From: an uncultured bacterium
Lineage (GTDB): Bacteria; Krumholzibacteriota; Krumholzibacteriia; JACNKJ01
Length of the DNA stretch: 64,000 nt
Assembly (NCBI GenBank): GCA_963695095.1
Contig: CAVOFT010000001.1
Span: forward strand, 1,696,001-1,760,000
Direction of reading: 5' to 3'
The notes beneath the pieces were generated by a model, which saw nothing but the letters and a program-made list of their open reading frames with translations, ran no database searches and had not been told where the DNA came from. The position numbers were made by a program, and so were the translations under genes. Shown here in pieces: positions 30,143 through 39,091 of the stretch (positions are counted from its first letter, which is position 1; the number at the start of each line of letters is the position of its first letter).

Positions 30143-31477
30143 ATGCTGAACTCCTTGACCGCCTCCCGCCACCATGGCCGGCCACTGCCGATCCTCCTCC
30201 TCGTCGGCCTCGCCGTCAGTCTGGGCTGTCTGGAGCCTGGCGACACGCCCCTGGGTCCCGACAACGGCATGGCGCCCATCCCCGCCGAGGCCCGGGTCTT
30301 CGAGCTCGCCGGCGAGGCCCTCGGCCTGCGGGTGACGCGGCTGGAGGAGAGCCGGCCGCTCTTTGCCACGCAGGTCATCTACTGCGGCTTCGATTCCACC
30401 AGCGGCTTCCGTTCCGAGCCCGTCTTTCGCTTCGATTGCAGCAGGCTCGATCCCTACATCTCCGGAATCGCGCGCGCGCAGCTGCTGCCCACCTTTCCCA
30501 GCCCGAATGCGGCCAAACCCTGGCTGGGCGACAACCCCGACCTGGGCCGCGCGGTCAGCGTTCGCGTCTGGCGACTGCCCGACCTGGACTTCGAGAGCGA
30601 AGTGCTCACGGGGGTAAGCGCCGTGTCCGGCGCCTGGCCGCTCAGCGCCGATGCCGTGCAGCTGGAGGTCAGCGGCACGCTTCCCCTGCCCCCCGACAGC
30701 GTGGATGCCTGGATCGCCGAAGGCGCCGTGGTGAACCTGGCCCTCGGCTACGAGGACGCGCTGAGCGAGACGGGTCTCCTGCGTCTATTCAGCACCCGCT
30801 CGGACTCGACGCCGACGGTGCTGCAGATCGAGGCCGTGTCGAGCGTGGAGGCCACCCAGTCCATCAAGCCCACGCTCGACGGCCAGCTCGCCGACAAGCT
30901 CGACAGCGGCGTCGAGTTCGCCGATCGCCTGCTGCTCGCCACGGGTATCACGCGGGACGCGCATCTGATCTTCGAGCTGCCGGATTCCCTGCGCGATCCG
31001 ACGATCATCCTCGTGCGGGCCATCCTGGAACTCTGGCCGGACAGCAGCGGCCTGGTCGGCATGAGCCCGCTCGATCGCCGGGACAACGAACTCGGCGGGG
31101 TCTACTTCAACGAGGGTGGGCTCACCGTCGCCCTCCAGGCCGTCGACGACAGCCTGCCCGGCTCGCCCGGCATCGAGGAGGGCCTCTTGCTCGAGTCGCG
31201 CCTGCCCGTCTTCGAGTACTTCCTCAGTTACGGAGACGACGCGGAGCACACTCAGCTCACGGAGACCCAGCTGACGATGCCGCTGCGGCTGCCGCTCACG
31301 AAGTGGCTGCAGGCCTGGATGAACGGCAGCGATGAGAACGTCGGCATCACCTTGCGCCTGAGCGGCGCCGAAGAGCGCCTGCGCCAGGTCGCCTACCACC
31401 TGAATGCCAGCGCCCCCCTGGACGGGCTGAAGCCCCGCCTGGAGCTCATCTACCTGAAGAGGCCCGACTTTGACTAG
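30143..31477 (+). CDS. Hypothetical lipoprotein
   Basis: Hydrophobic stretch ending SLGC (lipobox); C-terminal PRLELIY; coding-like codon usage. Confidence 0.65.
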   Translation: MLNSLTASRHHGRPLPILLLVGLAVSLGCLEPGDTPLGPDNGMAPIPAEARVFELAGEALGLRVTRLEESRPLFATQVIYCGFDSTSGFRSEPVFRFDCSRLDPYISGIARAQLLPTFPSPNAAKPWLGDNPDLGRAVSVRVWRLPDLDFESEVLTGVSAVSGAWPLSADAVQLEVSGTLPLPPDSVDAWIAEGAVVNLALGYEDALSETGLLRLFSTRSDSTPTVLQIEAVSSVEATQSIKPTLDGQLADKLDSGVEFADRLLLATGITRDAHLIFELPDSLRDPTIILVRAILELWPDSSGLVGMSPLDRRDNELGGVYFNEGGLTVALQAVDDSLPGSPGIEEGLLLESRLPVFEYFLSYGDDAEHTQLTETQLTMPLRLPLTKWLQAWMNGSDENVGITLRLSGAEERLRQVAYHLNASAPLDGLKPRLELIYLKRPDFD

Positions 31478-32720
31478 GCGCCGGATCGCAGGGCTGGGGC
31501 TCGTCCTCGCCGCCCTCGCGGCGGCGCCTGGCGCGCGCGGCGAGAGCCTGCTCGAGTTGCTGCCGCCGGGCGAGCCGCTCGTGCCCCTGGACGCCCATGC
31601 CATCGCCCTGGGCGGCGCGTCCGAGGCGCGCTGGGAGCTGGAGAGCGGCCTGCCCTCCAATCCCGCGCAGCTCGTGGCCATCGAGGGCGTCAGCTTCGCC
31701 ACCGTCCTTCAGCTGCGCCGCGGCCTGCGCGATCTGCCGGGCGAGGGCCCGGACTGGGACGAGACCCGCCAGGACTTTCCGGCCTTCCAGATCAGCGCCT
31801 CCCTGCCGCGGGGCCTGCGCCTGGGCCTGGGCTACCGCGCCGATCTGCGCAGCCGGGGCGCTTACGGCTTCACCGTGCCCTTCGCACTCGACGGCGCGAT
31901 CGATCACTACGCCGTGGACTACACGCAGAGCGGCGGCCTCTCGCGCTTTCCGATCAGCCTGGCAATGCCCTTGGGCGAGAACTACCGCGCCGGCATCGGC
32001 CTCAATCTCTACCGCGGCAATCTCACCCAGGAGTGGGCCTACGATTTTCCCAATGCCGTCAGTGGCGATTCCGACCTCGGCTATCAGGATCGCAAGGTGC
32101 GCCGCCAGGCGAGCTGGTCCGGCACCGGCCTGGTCTGCGGCCTGCAGGCCCGGCCCCTGGGCCCGGCCACGGTGTTCTCGCTGCGCTGGGACAGCGGCGC
32201 CGACCTCAACGGCGATTCCCAGATCGAGACAGCCGGCGAGGCCGATCTCGAGTCGATGCAGCTCGACGGTCGCATGCCGGCCCGCTGGGCGCTCGGCGCG
32301 GCGCAGCGCCTGCCGCGCGGCGCCATCGTCTCCCTGCAGTGGGAGCACGAGGCCTGGGCGAACTACGCGGCGCCGCTGGCCGTCCGCGACCTGGCCGATG
32401 TCGATCGCCTCTCTCTGGGGCTCGAGTGGCTCTGGGGCGAGGCCGGTCGCGGAGCCCGCGCCCAGCGCCAGCTGCCCCTGCGGCTGGGGCTGCGCCGCGG
32501 CAACTGGCCGGCGCCCGACCCGCTGACGGGCAGCGAGGTCGTCGAGACGACCTTCGCGCTCGGCAGCGGAGTGGATCTGCCGGCCGGGCGAGGCTCCCTC
32601 GACCTCACGTTCTTCTGGCAGCAACTTGCCGTGGAGGGTGGCGAAGGCGAGCGCCGCTTCGGGTTCGCGCTCAGCCTGCGCACCACCGAGACCTGGTCGC
32701 GGCGCACCCAGCCCTATTAG
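31470..32720 (+). CDS. Outer-membrane beta-barrel, FadL/PorV-like
   Basis: Signal peptide; 'AHAIALGG..' and 'NPAQL' plug motifs; amphipathic strands. Confidence 0.6.
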   Translation: MTRRRIAGLGLVLAALAAAPGARGESLLELLPPGEPLVPLDAHAIALGGASEARWELESGLPSNPAQLVAIEGVSFATVLQLRRGLRDLPGEGPDWDETRQDFPAFQISASLPRGLRLGLGYRADLRSRGAYGFTVPFALDGAIDHYAVDYTQSGGLSRFPISLAMPLGENYRAGIGLNLYRGNLTQEWAYDFPNAVSGDSDLGYQDRKVRRQASWSGTGLVCGLQARPLGPATVFSLRWDSGADLNGDSQIETAGEADLESMQLDGRMPARWALGAAQRLPRGAIVSLQWEHEAWANYAAPLAVRDLADVDRLSLGLEWLWGEAGRGARAQRQLPLRLGLRRGNWPAPDPLTGSEVVETTFALGSGVDLPAGRGSLDLTFFWQQLAVEGGEGERRFGFALSLRTTETWSRRTQPY

Positions 32721-32769
32721 GCGGGCGCCGCGACGACCGCCGGCTTCGCTCATGAGCCAAGGAGAGACC

Positions 32770-33597
32770 ATGAACCTGCGCAACCTGTTGCCCTCCGCTG
32801 TCGGCGTGCTGGCGCTGGCCGTCTTCGCGCTGGCCGGCTGTCAGAGCGAGCTGGCTCAGTCGGATCTCGACGCCTTCGAGGCGCTGCCGCGCGCCGAGCG
32901 GGTGCTGCGCCTGGAGCAAGAGCTGGCCAAGCACCCCGCCGATCCGCGCCTGCCGGGACTGCTGGCGAAGGCCCGCTACGAGGACTATGCCGAGCTGCCG
33001 CCTCTGGAGCGCATCGAGGCGATCAAGGCGGCGCTGCGCGCCGACCCCGAGAGCGCCATCATCTCCAAGATGCTGGGGGATGCCTACTACGACCACGCCG
33101 GCGGCGAGGGGGGCGCCAGCTACACGGATAGCGCGCTCTTTGCCTACGAGAACGCCGCGCTGAAGCAGCCCAGCTTCCTGGCCGCGGTGGGCAGCGTCGG
33201 CGCTCTCTACGACGAGAAGGAAGATTTCGAGCAGGCGATCGCCTGGTACGAGAAGGCGCTCGCCCTCTCGCCCGAGCACGTGCCGACCCTCTGCAACCTC
33301 GGCGCCGGCCACTACAACCGGGGCGAGTACGCCGTTGCCGTCGACTTCTACCGGCGGGCCCTCGCCCTCGATCCGCAGAGCCAGGATGCGCACTACAATC
33401 TCGGCGTCGCCTTCGCCGAGGCCACCATCTACCGGGAGGCGATCGTCGAGTGGCGGACGGTGGTGGCCATCGACAGCACGACCGCCGTGGCCAAGCAGGC
33501 GGCCAAGAACGCCACGCTGCTGCAAGAGGTCCTCGACGAAACCGTCTACAAGGGCGGCAGGAAGAGCCGCCGCATCAATCTCGGCGGCGACGAGTAG
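32770..33597 (+). CDS. Tetratricopeptide-repeat lipoprotein
   Basis: LAGC lipobox; TPR units such as AIAWYEKALAL.P, NLG..Y, AHYNLG. Confidence 0.85.
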   Translation: MNLRNLLPSAVGVLALAVFALAGCQSELAQSDLDAFEALPRAERVLRLEQELAKHPADPRLPGLLAKARYEDYAELPPLERIEAIKAALRADPESAIISKMLGDAYYDHAGGEGGASYTDSALFAYENAALKQPSFLAAVGSVGALYDEKEDFEQAIAWYEKALALSPEHVPTLCNLGAGHYNRGEYAVAVDFYRRALALDPQSQDAHYNLGVAFAEATIYREAIVEWRTVVAIDSTTAVAKQAAKNATLLQEVLDETVYKGGRKSRRINLGGDE

Positions 33598-33651
33598 GCC
33601 GGGTGGACCCGCTGTCCGCCGCGGCTCGGCAACTGTCCTTCAGGAGGAACC

Positions 33652-34716
33652 ATGAAGCGAATCGTTCATGTGCTGGGCACGGGCACCATCGGGGAGCCTC
33701 TGATCGGCCTGCTGGTGGAACACAAGCGCGAGCTGGGCTTCGACGATGTGACCTTCCACAAGCGCACGCCGACGGCCCTGGATCAGCCGAAGATCAAGGA
33801 CCTCATTCGCCGCGGCGCCGCGCTCTGCGCCGATGACGACGCGCGCGCCGGATTCGCGGCCATGGACCTGGAAGTCAGCCACAGCGCCGAATCGGCGATC
33901 GAGCGCGCCCAGGTGATCATCGACTGCACTCCCTCCGGCAACGCGATGAAGGAGAGCGTCTACAATCGCTTCGACGACGGCCGGCGGCTCTTCATCGCCC
34001 AGGGCAGCGAGTTCGGCTTCGGCAAGCCCTACGCCCGCGGCATCAACGACGACACGCTCGTGCACGGCCAGGATCACTTCATCCAGGTCGTGAGCTGCAA
34101 CACGCACAACATCTCGGCGATCATCCAGAACGTGGCCCTGGAGCCGCACGGCGAGGACAATCTCGTGCGCGGCCGCTTCCTCTGCCTGCGCCGGGCGAAC
34201 GACATCAGCCAGGCCGGCAGCTTCATTCCCGCGCCCGAGGTGGGCAAGCACGGCGACCCGCGCTTCGGCACCCATCACGCCCGCGACGCCTACCACCTCT
34301 ACAAGACCAAGGGCCTGGAGCTGGACCTGTTCTCCAGCGCGATGAAGCTGAACACGCAGTACATGCACATCATCCACTTCGCCCTCAATCTGCGCCGGCC
34401 CACCGACAAGGAGACCGTGCTCGAGCAGATCCGCGGCAACGACCGCCTCTCGCGCACGAATCAGGCCAGCGCCGGCGTGGTCTTCTCCTTCGGCCGCGAC
34501 CACGGCCACTACGGGCGCATCCTCAACCAGACGGTCTTCGCCATGCAGAGCCTGCACGTGAGCGAGGACGGCAAGGAAGTGTCCGGCTACTGCTTCACGC
34601 CCCAGGACGGCAACAGCCTGCTCAGCAGCGCGGCGGCCGCCGTCTGGCACTTCTATCCGGAGGAGACGGCGCCCCGGCTGGAGTGCCTCAAGCGCTTCTT
34701 CTTCAGCGAGGTCTGA
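33652..34716 (+). CDS. Type II (archaeal-like) GAPDH-family NAD(P)-dependent dehydrogenase
   Basis: Rossmann GTGTIG, IIDCTP.G, IAQGSE, catalytic VVSCNT, RRANDI, HHARD. Confidence 0.7.
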   Translation: MKRIVHVLGTGTIGEPLIGLLVEHKRELGFDDVTFHKRTPTALDQPKIKDLIRRGAALCADDDARAGFAAMDLEVSHSAESAIERAQVIIDCTPSGNAMKESVYNRFDDGRRLFIAQGSEFGFGKPYARGINDDTLVHGQDHFIQVVSCNTHNISAIIQNVALEPHGEDNLVRGRFLCLRRANDISQAGSFIPAPEVGKHGDPRFGTHHARDAYHLYKTKGLELDLFSSAMKLNTQYMHIIHFALNLRRPTDKETVLEQIRGNDRLSRTNQASAGVVFSFGRDHGHYGRILNQTVFAMQSLHVSEDGKEVSGYCFTPQDGNSLLSSAAAAVWHFYPEETAPRLECLKRFFFSEV

Positions 34717-34721
34717 GTCGC

Positions 34722-35594
34722 TCAGCGCTCATCGGCGACCAGGCTGTCCAGGGGCAGCGGCGTGAAGAGGGCCCGCTCCCCGCGGGGGCCCTCCGTCCAG
34801 TCCAGGCGACCGCTGGGCTTCTCCCGCTCATGCTCGAAGTAGACGAACCAGTCCTCCTCGCGCTGGCGGGCGAGGAGGCGCTCCTTCGTGTCGAGGGTCA
34901 TGAGCGGGAAGAGATCGTAGCTCATGATCCAGGCCGGCGGCAGGTGGCTGCTGGTGGGGATGAGGTCGCCGGCGTAGAAGAGCCGCCGGCCGCCGGGCAG
35001 ATCGATGAGCAGGGACTGGTGATGGGCGGTGTGGCCCGGCGTCGGCAGCAGGGTCACGCCGGGCAGGATCTCCACTTCGCCCTCGATGAGCTCGAGCTGG
35101 CCGGCCTCGGCCACGGGCAGGAAGTTGCGCGCCAGGTAGCTCGCGCGGCTGAGCGCGTGGGGCTGGATCGCGTCCTCCCACTCGCCGCGCTGCACGAAAT
35201 AGCGCGCCCGGGGGAAGCTCGGCCGGGCGCGCCCCGCCGCGTCCAGGCGCGTGTTGCCGCCGCAGTGGTCGAAGTGCAGATGCGTGTTGACGACGTGCGT
35301 GACCTGCTCCGGGGCGACGCCGCAGGCGGCCAGGGCGCCGAAGAGGTCCGTCTCGCGCTCGATGGGGAACTGGGCCAGGAAGCGGGCGTCCTCCTTGTCG
35401 CCGAGACCGCTGTCGATGAGCAGCGTGAAGTCCGCGCCGCGCACCAGGAGGCAGTTGAGCCCGAGCAGGATGCGGTTCTCGCCGTCGGCGGGCTCGCGCT
35501 GCTCCCAGAGCACGCGGGGGACGACGCCGAACATGGCCCCGCCGTCCAGGCGGAAGCGGCCGTCGCTGACGGTATCGAGGCGAAGCGCGTGCAT
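34722..35594 (-). CDS. MBL-fold metallo-hydrolase (YtnP-like)
   Basis: LDGGAMFGVVP, THLHFDHCGG, TPGHT, AGDL, final H. Confidence 0.92.
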   Translation of the reverse strand: MHALRLDTVSDGRFRLDGGAMFGVVPRVLWEQREPADGENRILLGLNCLLVRGADFTLLIDSGLGDKEDARFLAQFPIERETDLFGALAACGVAPEQVTHVVNTHLHFDHCGGNTRLDAAGRARPSFPRARYFVQRGEWEDAIQPHALSRASYLARNFLPVAEAGQLELIEGEVEILPGVTLLPTPGHTAHHQSLLIDLPGGRRLFYAGDLIPTSSHLPPAWIMSYDLFPLMTLDTKERLLARQREEDWFVYFEHEREKPSGRLDWTEGPRGERALFTPLPLDSLVADER

Positions 35595-35701
35595 CGGGCT
35601 CCTTGCGCGGTGGGGGCTTGCGCATAGCTTACGCAGGCGGCCGGCGGACGCAAGCTCCCAGCCCGCTGGGCGCGGGACCCGGCGTCCCGAAAGGAGCGGC
35701 C

Positions 35702-36535
35702 ATGGCGAGCGAACCCTGGACGGCGAGCCTGCACGAGCGCCTGCTGGCCGGCCTGGCCCGCGTGGGCGACTACCAGCTGGCGCAGCTGGGCAACCTCGCG
35801 CCCGCCGGCCTGCGCGAGAAGAGCGGTGCCGGCGATCTCGTCACCGCCGTCGACATCGAGAGCGAGGCGCGCCTGGCCGAACTGCTCTCGTCGCTGCTGC
35901 CGGCGGCCGGTCTGCTCGGGGAGGAGGGCCTGCGCCAGGCGGCGGCGGGCGAGCTGGTCTGGCTCGTCGATCCCCTGGACGGCACCACCAATTTCGCGCA
36001 CGAGCATCCCTTCTTCTGCATCAGCGTGGCCCTCGTGGCCGGGCGCCGGCCGCTCCTGGGGGCCGTTCATGCGCCGCGCCTGGGCGAGACCTTTCACGGC
36101 TGGGGCGGGCGCGCCTGGCTGGGCGAACGGCTGCTGGCCGCGAGCGCGCGCCGGCTGCCGCGGGAAGCCCTGTTCGCCACCGGCTTCGCCGACCGCCGCC
36201 ACGCTGCGGGCGGTGAGAACCTGGGCAACCTGGAGCGCGTGCTCTGCGCAAGTCGGGGTTTGCGCCGGGCGGGCAGCGCCGCCCTCGACCTGGCCTACAC
36301 GGCGGCCGGCCGGCTCGACGGCTTCTGGGAGATGGGCCTCAATCCCTGGGATGTCGGCGCCGGCATCTACCTCGTCCGCGCCGCAGGGGGCCGCATCAGC
36401 GATTTTCACGGCGGCGACGATGCCCTGGCCGGCGATCACATCGTGGCCAGCAACGGCCATCTCCACGAGTGGCTGCTCGCTCAGCTCGCGCTGGCGCCCG
36501 TCTTCGACCGCGCGCCGGCGCCGCTGCTCGACTAG
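35702..36535 (+). CDS. suhB: Inositol monophosphatase family protein
   Basis: DLVT..D, GEE, WLVDPLDGTTNF, RRAGSAALDL, PWDVGAG. Confidence 0.9.
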   Translation: MASEPWTASLHERLLAGLARVGDYQLAQLGNLAPAGLREKSGAGDLVTAVDIESEARLAELLSSLLPAAGLLGEEGLRQAAAGELVWLVDPLDGTTNFAHEHPFFCISVALVAGRRPLLGAVHAPRLGETFHGWGGRAWLGERLLAASARRLPREALFATGFADRRHAAGGENLGNLERVLCASRGLRRAGSAALDLAYTAAGRLDGFWEMGLNPWDVGAGIYLVRAAGGRISDFHGGDDALAGDHIVASNGHLHEWLLAQLALAPVFDRAPAPLLD

Positions 36536-37233
36536 GGTCCGGGGGCCGCGGGGCAAGGGTCTGTCCCGGCCCCGCGCGCCCGCGGCCGGAGGGCGACCAG
36601 GCGCAGGGCCTGACGGCGAGCGCCGGCGGGGGCCCGCAGCGGCAGTTCCCGCAGCTCGAAGTCGACGGCGAGGCGCTCCAGGCAGGGCGCGGCGACGGCG
36701 CGACCCGGCTCGGCGATGAAGGCCTGGCCATCGGCGGCCAGCGCGGCGGCAAGGAAGCGCGCCAGGGGCTCGGCGAAGGTGCGTTCGTAGAGGATGTCGG
36801 CGGCGAGCAAGGTGGCGTAGCGGACGGGCGGCGCTTCGTTCCAGTCGAGCTGGCGCACGCGCCGCGGGTCGAGTCCATTCCGGGCCAGGTTCACTCGCGC
36901 CAGGGCGCAGGCGTCGGGGTCGCGATCGGCGAGCTCGAGGTCCCAGCCCAGGCGCAGGGCGACCAGGCCGACCAGCCCGAGGCCGCAGCCCAGCTCGAGG
37001 CTGGGCCCCGGCCGGCGGGGGCCCCGCCCGGCAAGGAGCCAGGCGGCCAGGGCCAGGCTGCTCGGCCACAGCTCGGCCCAGTAGGGGATGCGCGCTTCGG
37101 CGTCCGAAGCGGTCGGGTCCTGTCGCTCGAGCAGGGCATCCACCGAGGGCGGTCTGAGGAGGGTCATGGTGCCCGGCAATCCCGGCAGTCGCAGGCGCTC
37201 TTCATGGAGGGGCAAGTCGGAAATCGGCGGCAT
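36532..37233 (-). CDS. SAM-dependent methyltransferase (Methyltransf_16-like)
   Basis: PYWAELWPSS, LELGCGLGLVG, LDW, AADILYE. Confidence 0.82.
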   Translation of the reverse strand: MPPISDLPLHEERLRLPGLPGTMTLLRPPSVDALLERQDPTASDAEARIPYWAELWPSSLALAAWLLAGRGPRRPGPSLELGCGLGLVGLVALRLGWDLELADRDPDACALARVNLARNGLDPRRVRQLDWNEAPPVRYATLLAADILYERTFAEPLARFLAAALAADGQAFIAEPGRAVAAPCLERLAVDFELRELPLRAPAGARRQALRLVALRPRARGAGTDPCPAAPGP

Positions 37234-37381
37234 CGGCGGAGCCGGCCTTTCATGGTAAGTGCTTTAGACACCTATCGTTTGCTATAACCCGAGGGCTGTG
37301 CTTAATTATGCGCGTCCCTGGCAGCCGGGGTCCCTGCGGGTGGCTCGGTGCCGACCCGCGATCCCCAACGAGGATGGCTCC

Positions 37382-39091
37382 ATGAACGAACGCCTGCGCC
37401 GCCTGCCCCTCATCAGAGCGCTCGGCTCCCTGCAGTTGATGATCGCCCTCACCCTGATCTTCGCGCTCGCCAGCGGTGTGGCCACCTTCATCGAGTCGGC
37501 CTCCGGGACGCCTGCGGCGCGGGGGCTGGTCTACGATGCGCTCTGGTTCGAGCTGACGATCGCGCTGCTGATCGTCAACCTGACCATCCTGCTCTTCACG
37601 CACGCGCCCTACCGGCCCAGCCAGTACGGGTTCTTCCTGGTCCACCTGTCCGTGATCGTCATCCTCATCAGCGCCGGCGTCACGCGCTACTTCGGCTACG
37701 AAGGCATGATGCACATCCGCGAGGGCCAGTCCAGCAGCAGCATCCAGTCCACGCGCGAGTACATCCAGGCGAGCCTGGGCGAGGAGACGGACGGCTTCCC
37801 GGTCCAGCTCTGGCGGGCCGGGCCGAGCCGCGCGGGCGGCAAGCTCCAGCTCGGCGATCAGAACTACCGCGTGCGCGTCGTGGAGTACTGGCCGCGCTTC
37901 GCCGAAGAACTGCAGCCCGCCGAAACGGGCGCGGCGGCCCTCGGCTTCGCCGTCGCCGGCGAGCAGGGCATGCAGCGCCAGCAGCTGCGCGCGGGCGAGA
38001 GCCTGCGCGCCGGCCAGGTGCAGCTGCACTTCCTGCCCGGGGATTTCCCCCCCGCGGGCGCCGCCTCTCCGCTGGGCAGTATCCGCGCGACGCTGAGCGG
38101 TCAGAGCGTCTCCCTGCCCGTCAGCCGCGATCCCGTCCAGAGCGCCGTGATCGCCGGCTTCACCCTGAGCATCAGCGAGTTCCACCCCGACTACGCGCGC
38201 CGCAGCGAGCGGCCCGAGCCGGAGAGCCTGAGCAACCCGATGGTGCGCGTGGCCATCGTGGGGCCGGACGGTAGCCGCGGGGAGCGGGTGCTCTTCGCCT
38301 TCTTCCCCGACTTCGGCATGGACCACGCCGGCACGGCGGCCTTCAGCGAACTGGGTCTGGTCTACGAGTACGGCCAGACGCTGGAGCTCTCGGCGGCCGG
38401 CGACGTCCTGCGCGCGCGGGCGAGCTTCCCGCTCGAGGTCGTGAACATGGCGAGCGGCGCCACGGATCTCGTGCGGCCTGCGGCCGAGATCTTCTCGCCC
38501 ACGCTGATGACCCTGCATCGCGCCGGCGGCTTCTCCTTCGTGCCCACCCTGTTCATGCCGCATGCGAGCTGGCAGCCCACGCTGAGCGCGGACGAGCACG
38601 CGCCGGCCGCCGTCCGCCTGCGCGTGGCAGCTGCCGGTGGCGCGGAGGCGGAGACGATCGTCCGCGAAGGCGAGCCCGCGGCGCTCGAGCTGAGCGGGCG
38701 CGAGCTCAGCTTCAGCTACGGGCCCAAGCGCATCGAGGTGCCCTACCGCCTCCAGCTCGACGACTTCCTGCTGATCACCTATCCGGGCAGCAGCAACCCC
38801 GCCAGCTACGAGAGCCACGTGCAGCTCTTCGACGAGGCGGCCGGCATCGCCGGCCGGCCCGTGCGCATCTACATGAACCATCCGCTCACCTACCGCGGCT
38901 ACAAGCACTTCCAGTCCTCCTACGACCAGGACCACCGCGGCACCGTGCTCTCCGTCAACCATGATCCGGGCAAGTGGCCCACCTACATCGGCTACATGAT
39001 GATCGGCCTGGGCTTCCTGTTGATCCTGTTCAAGGGACTGCTGGGCCGCTTCGAGTCGCCCCGCCCCACAGCCATGAAGGAGATCCGATGA
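37382..39091 (+). CDS. Cytochrome c biogenesis protein ResB/CcsB (system II)
   Basis: N-terminal TMs with ATFIES and a conserved His (FLVHLS), large periplasmic domain, YPGS..P.SY.S, IYMNHPL, QSSYD, final TM. Confidence 0.85.
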   Translation: MNERLRRLPLIRALGSLQLMIALTLIFALASGVATFIESASGTPAARGLVYDALWFELTIALLIVNLTILLFTHAPYRPSQYGFFLVHLSVIVILISAGVTRYFGYEGMMHIREGQSSSSIQSTREYIQASLGEETDGFPVQLWRAGPSRAGGKLQLGDQNYRVRVVEYWPRFAEELQPAETGAAALGFAVAGEQGMQRQQLRAGESLRAGQVQLHFLPGDFPPAGAASPLGSIRATLSGQSVSLPVSRDPVQSAVIAGFTLSISEFHPDYARRSERPEPESLSNPMVRVAIVGPDGSRGERVLFAFFPDFGMDHAGTAAFSELGLVYEYGQTLELSAAGDVLRARASFPLEVVNMASGATDLVRPAAEIFSPTLMTLHRAGGFSFVPTLFMPHASWQPTLSADEHAPAAVRLRVAAAGGAEAETIVREGEPAALELSGRELSFSYGPKRIEVPYRLQLDDFLLITYPGSSNPASYESHVQLFDEAAGIAGRPVRIYMNHPLTYRGYKHFQSSYDQDHRGTVLSVNHDPGKWPTYIGYMMIGLGFLLILFKGLLGRFESPRPTAMKEIR

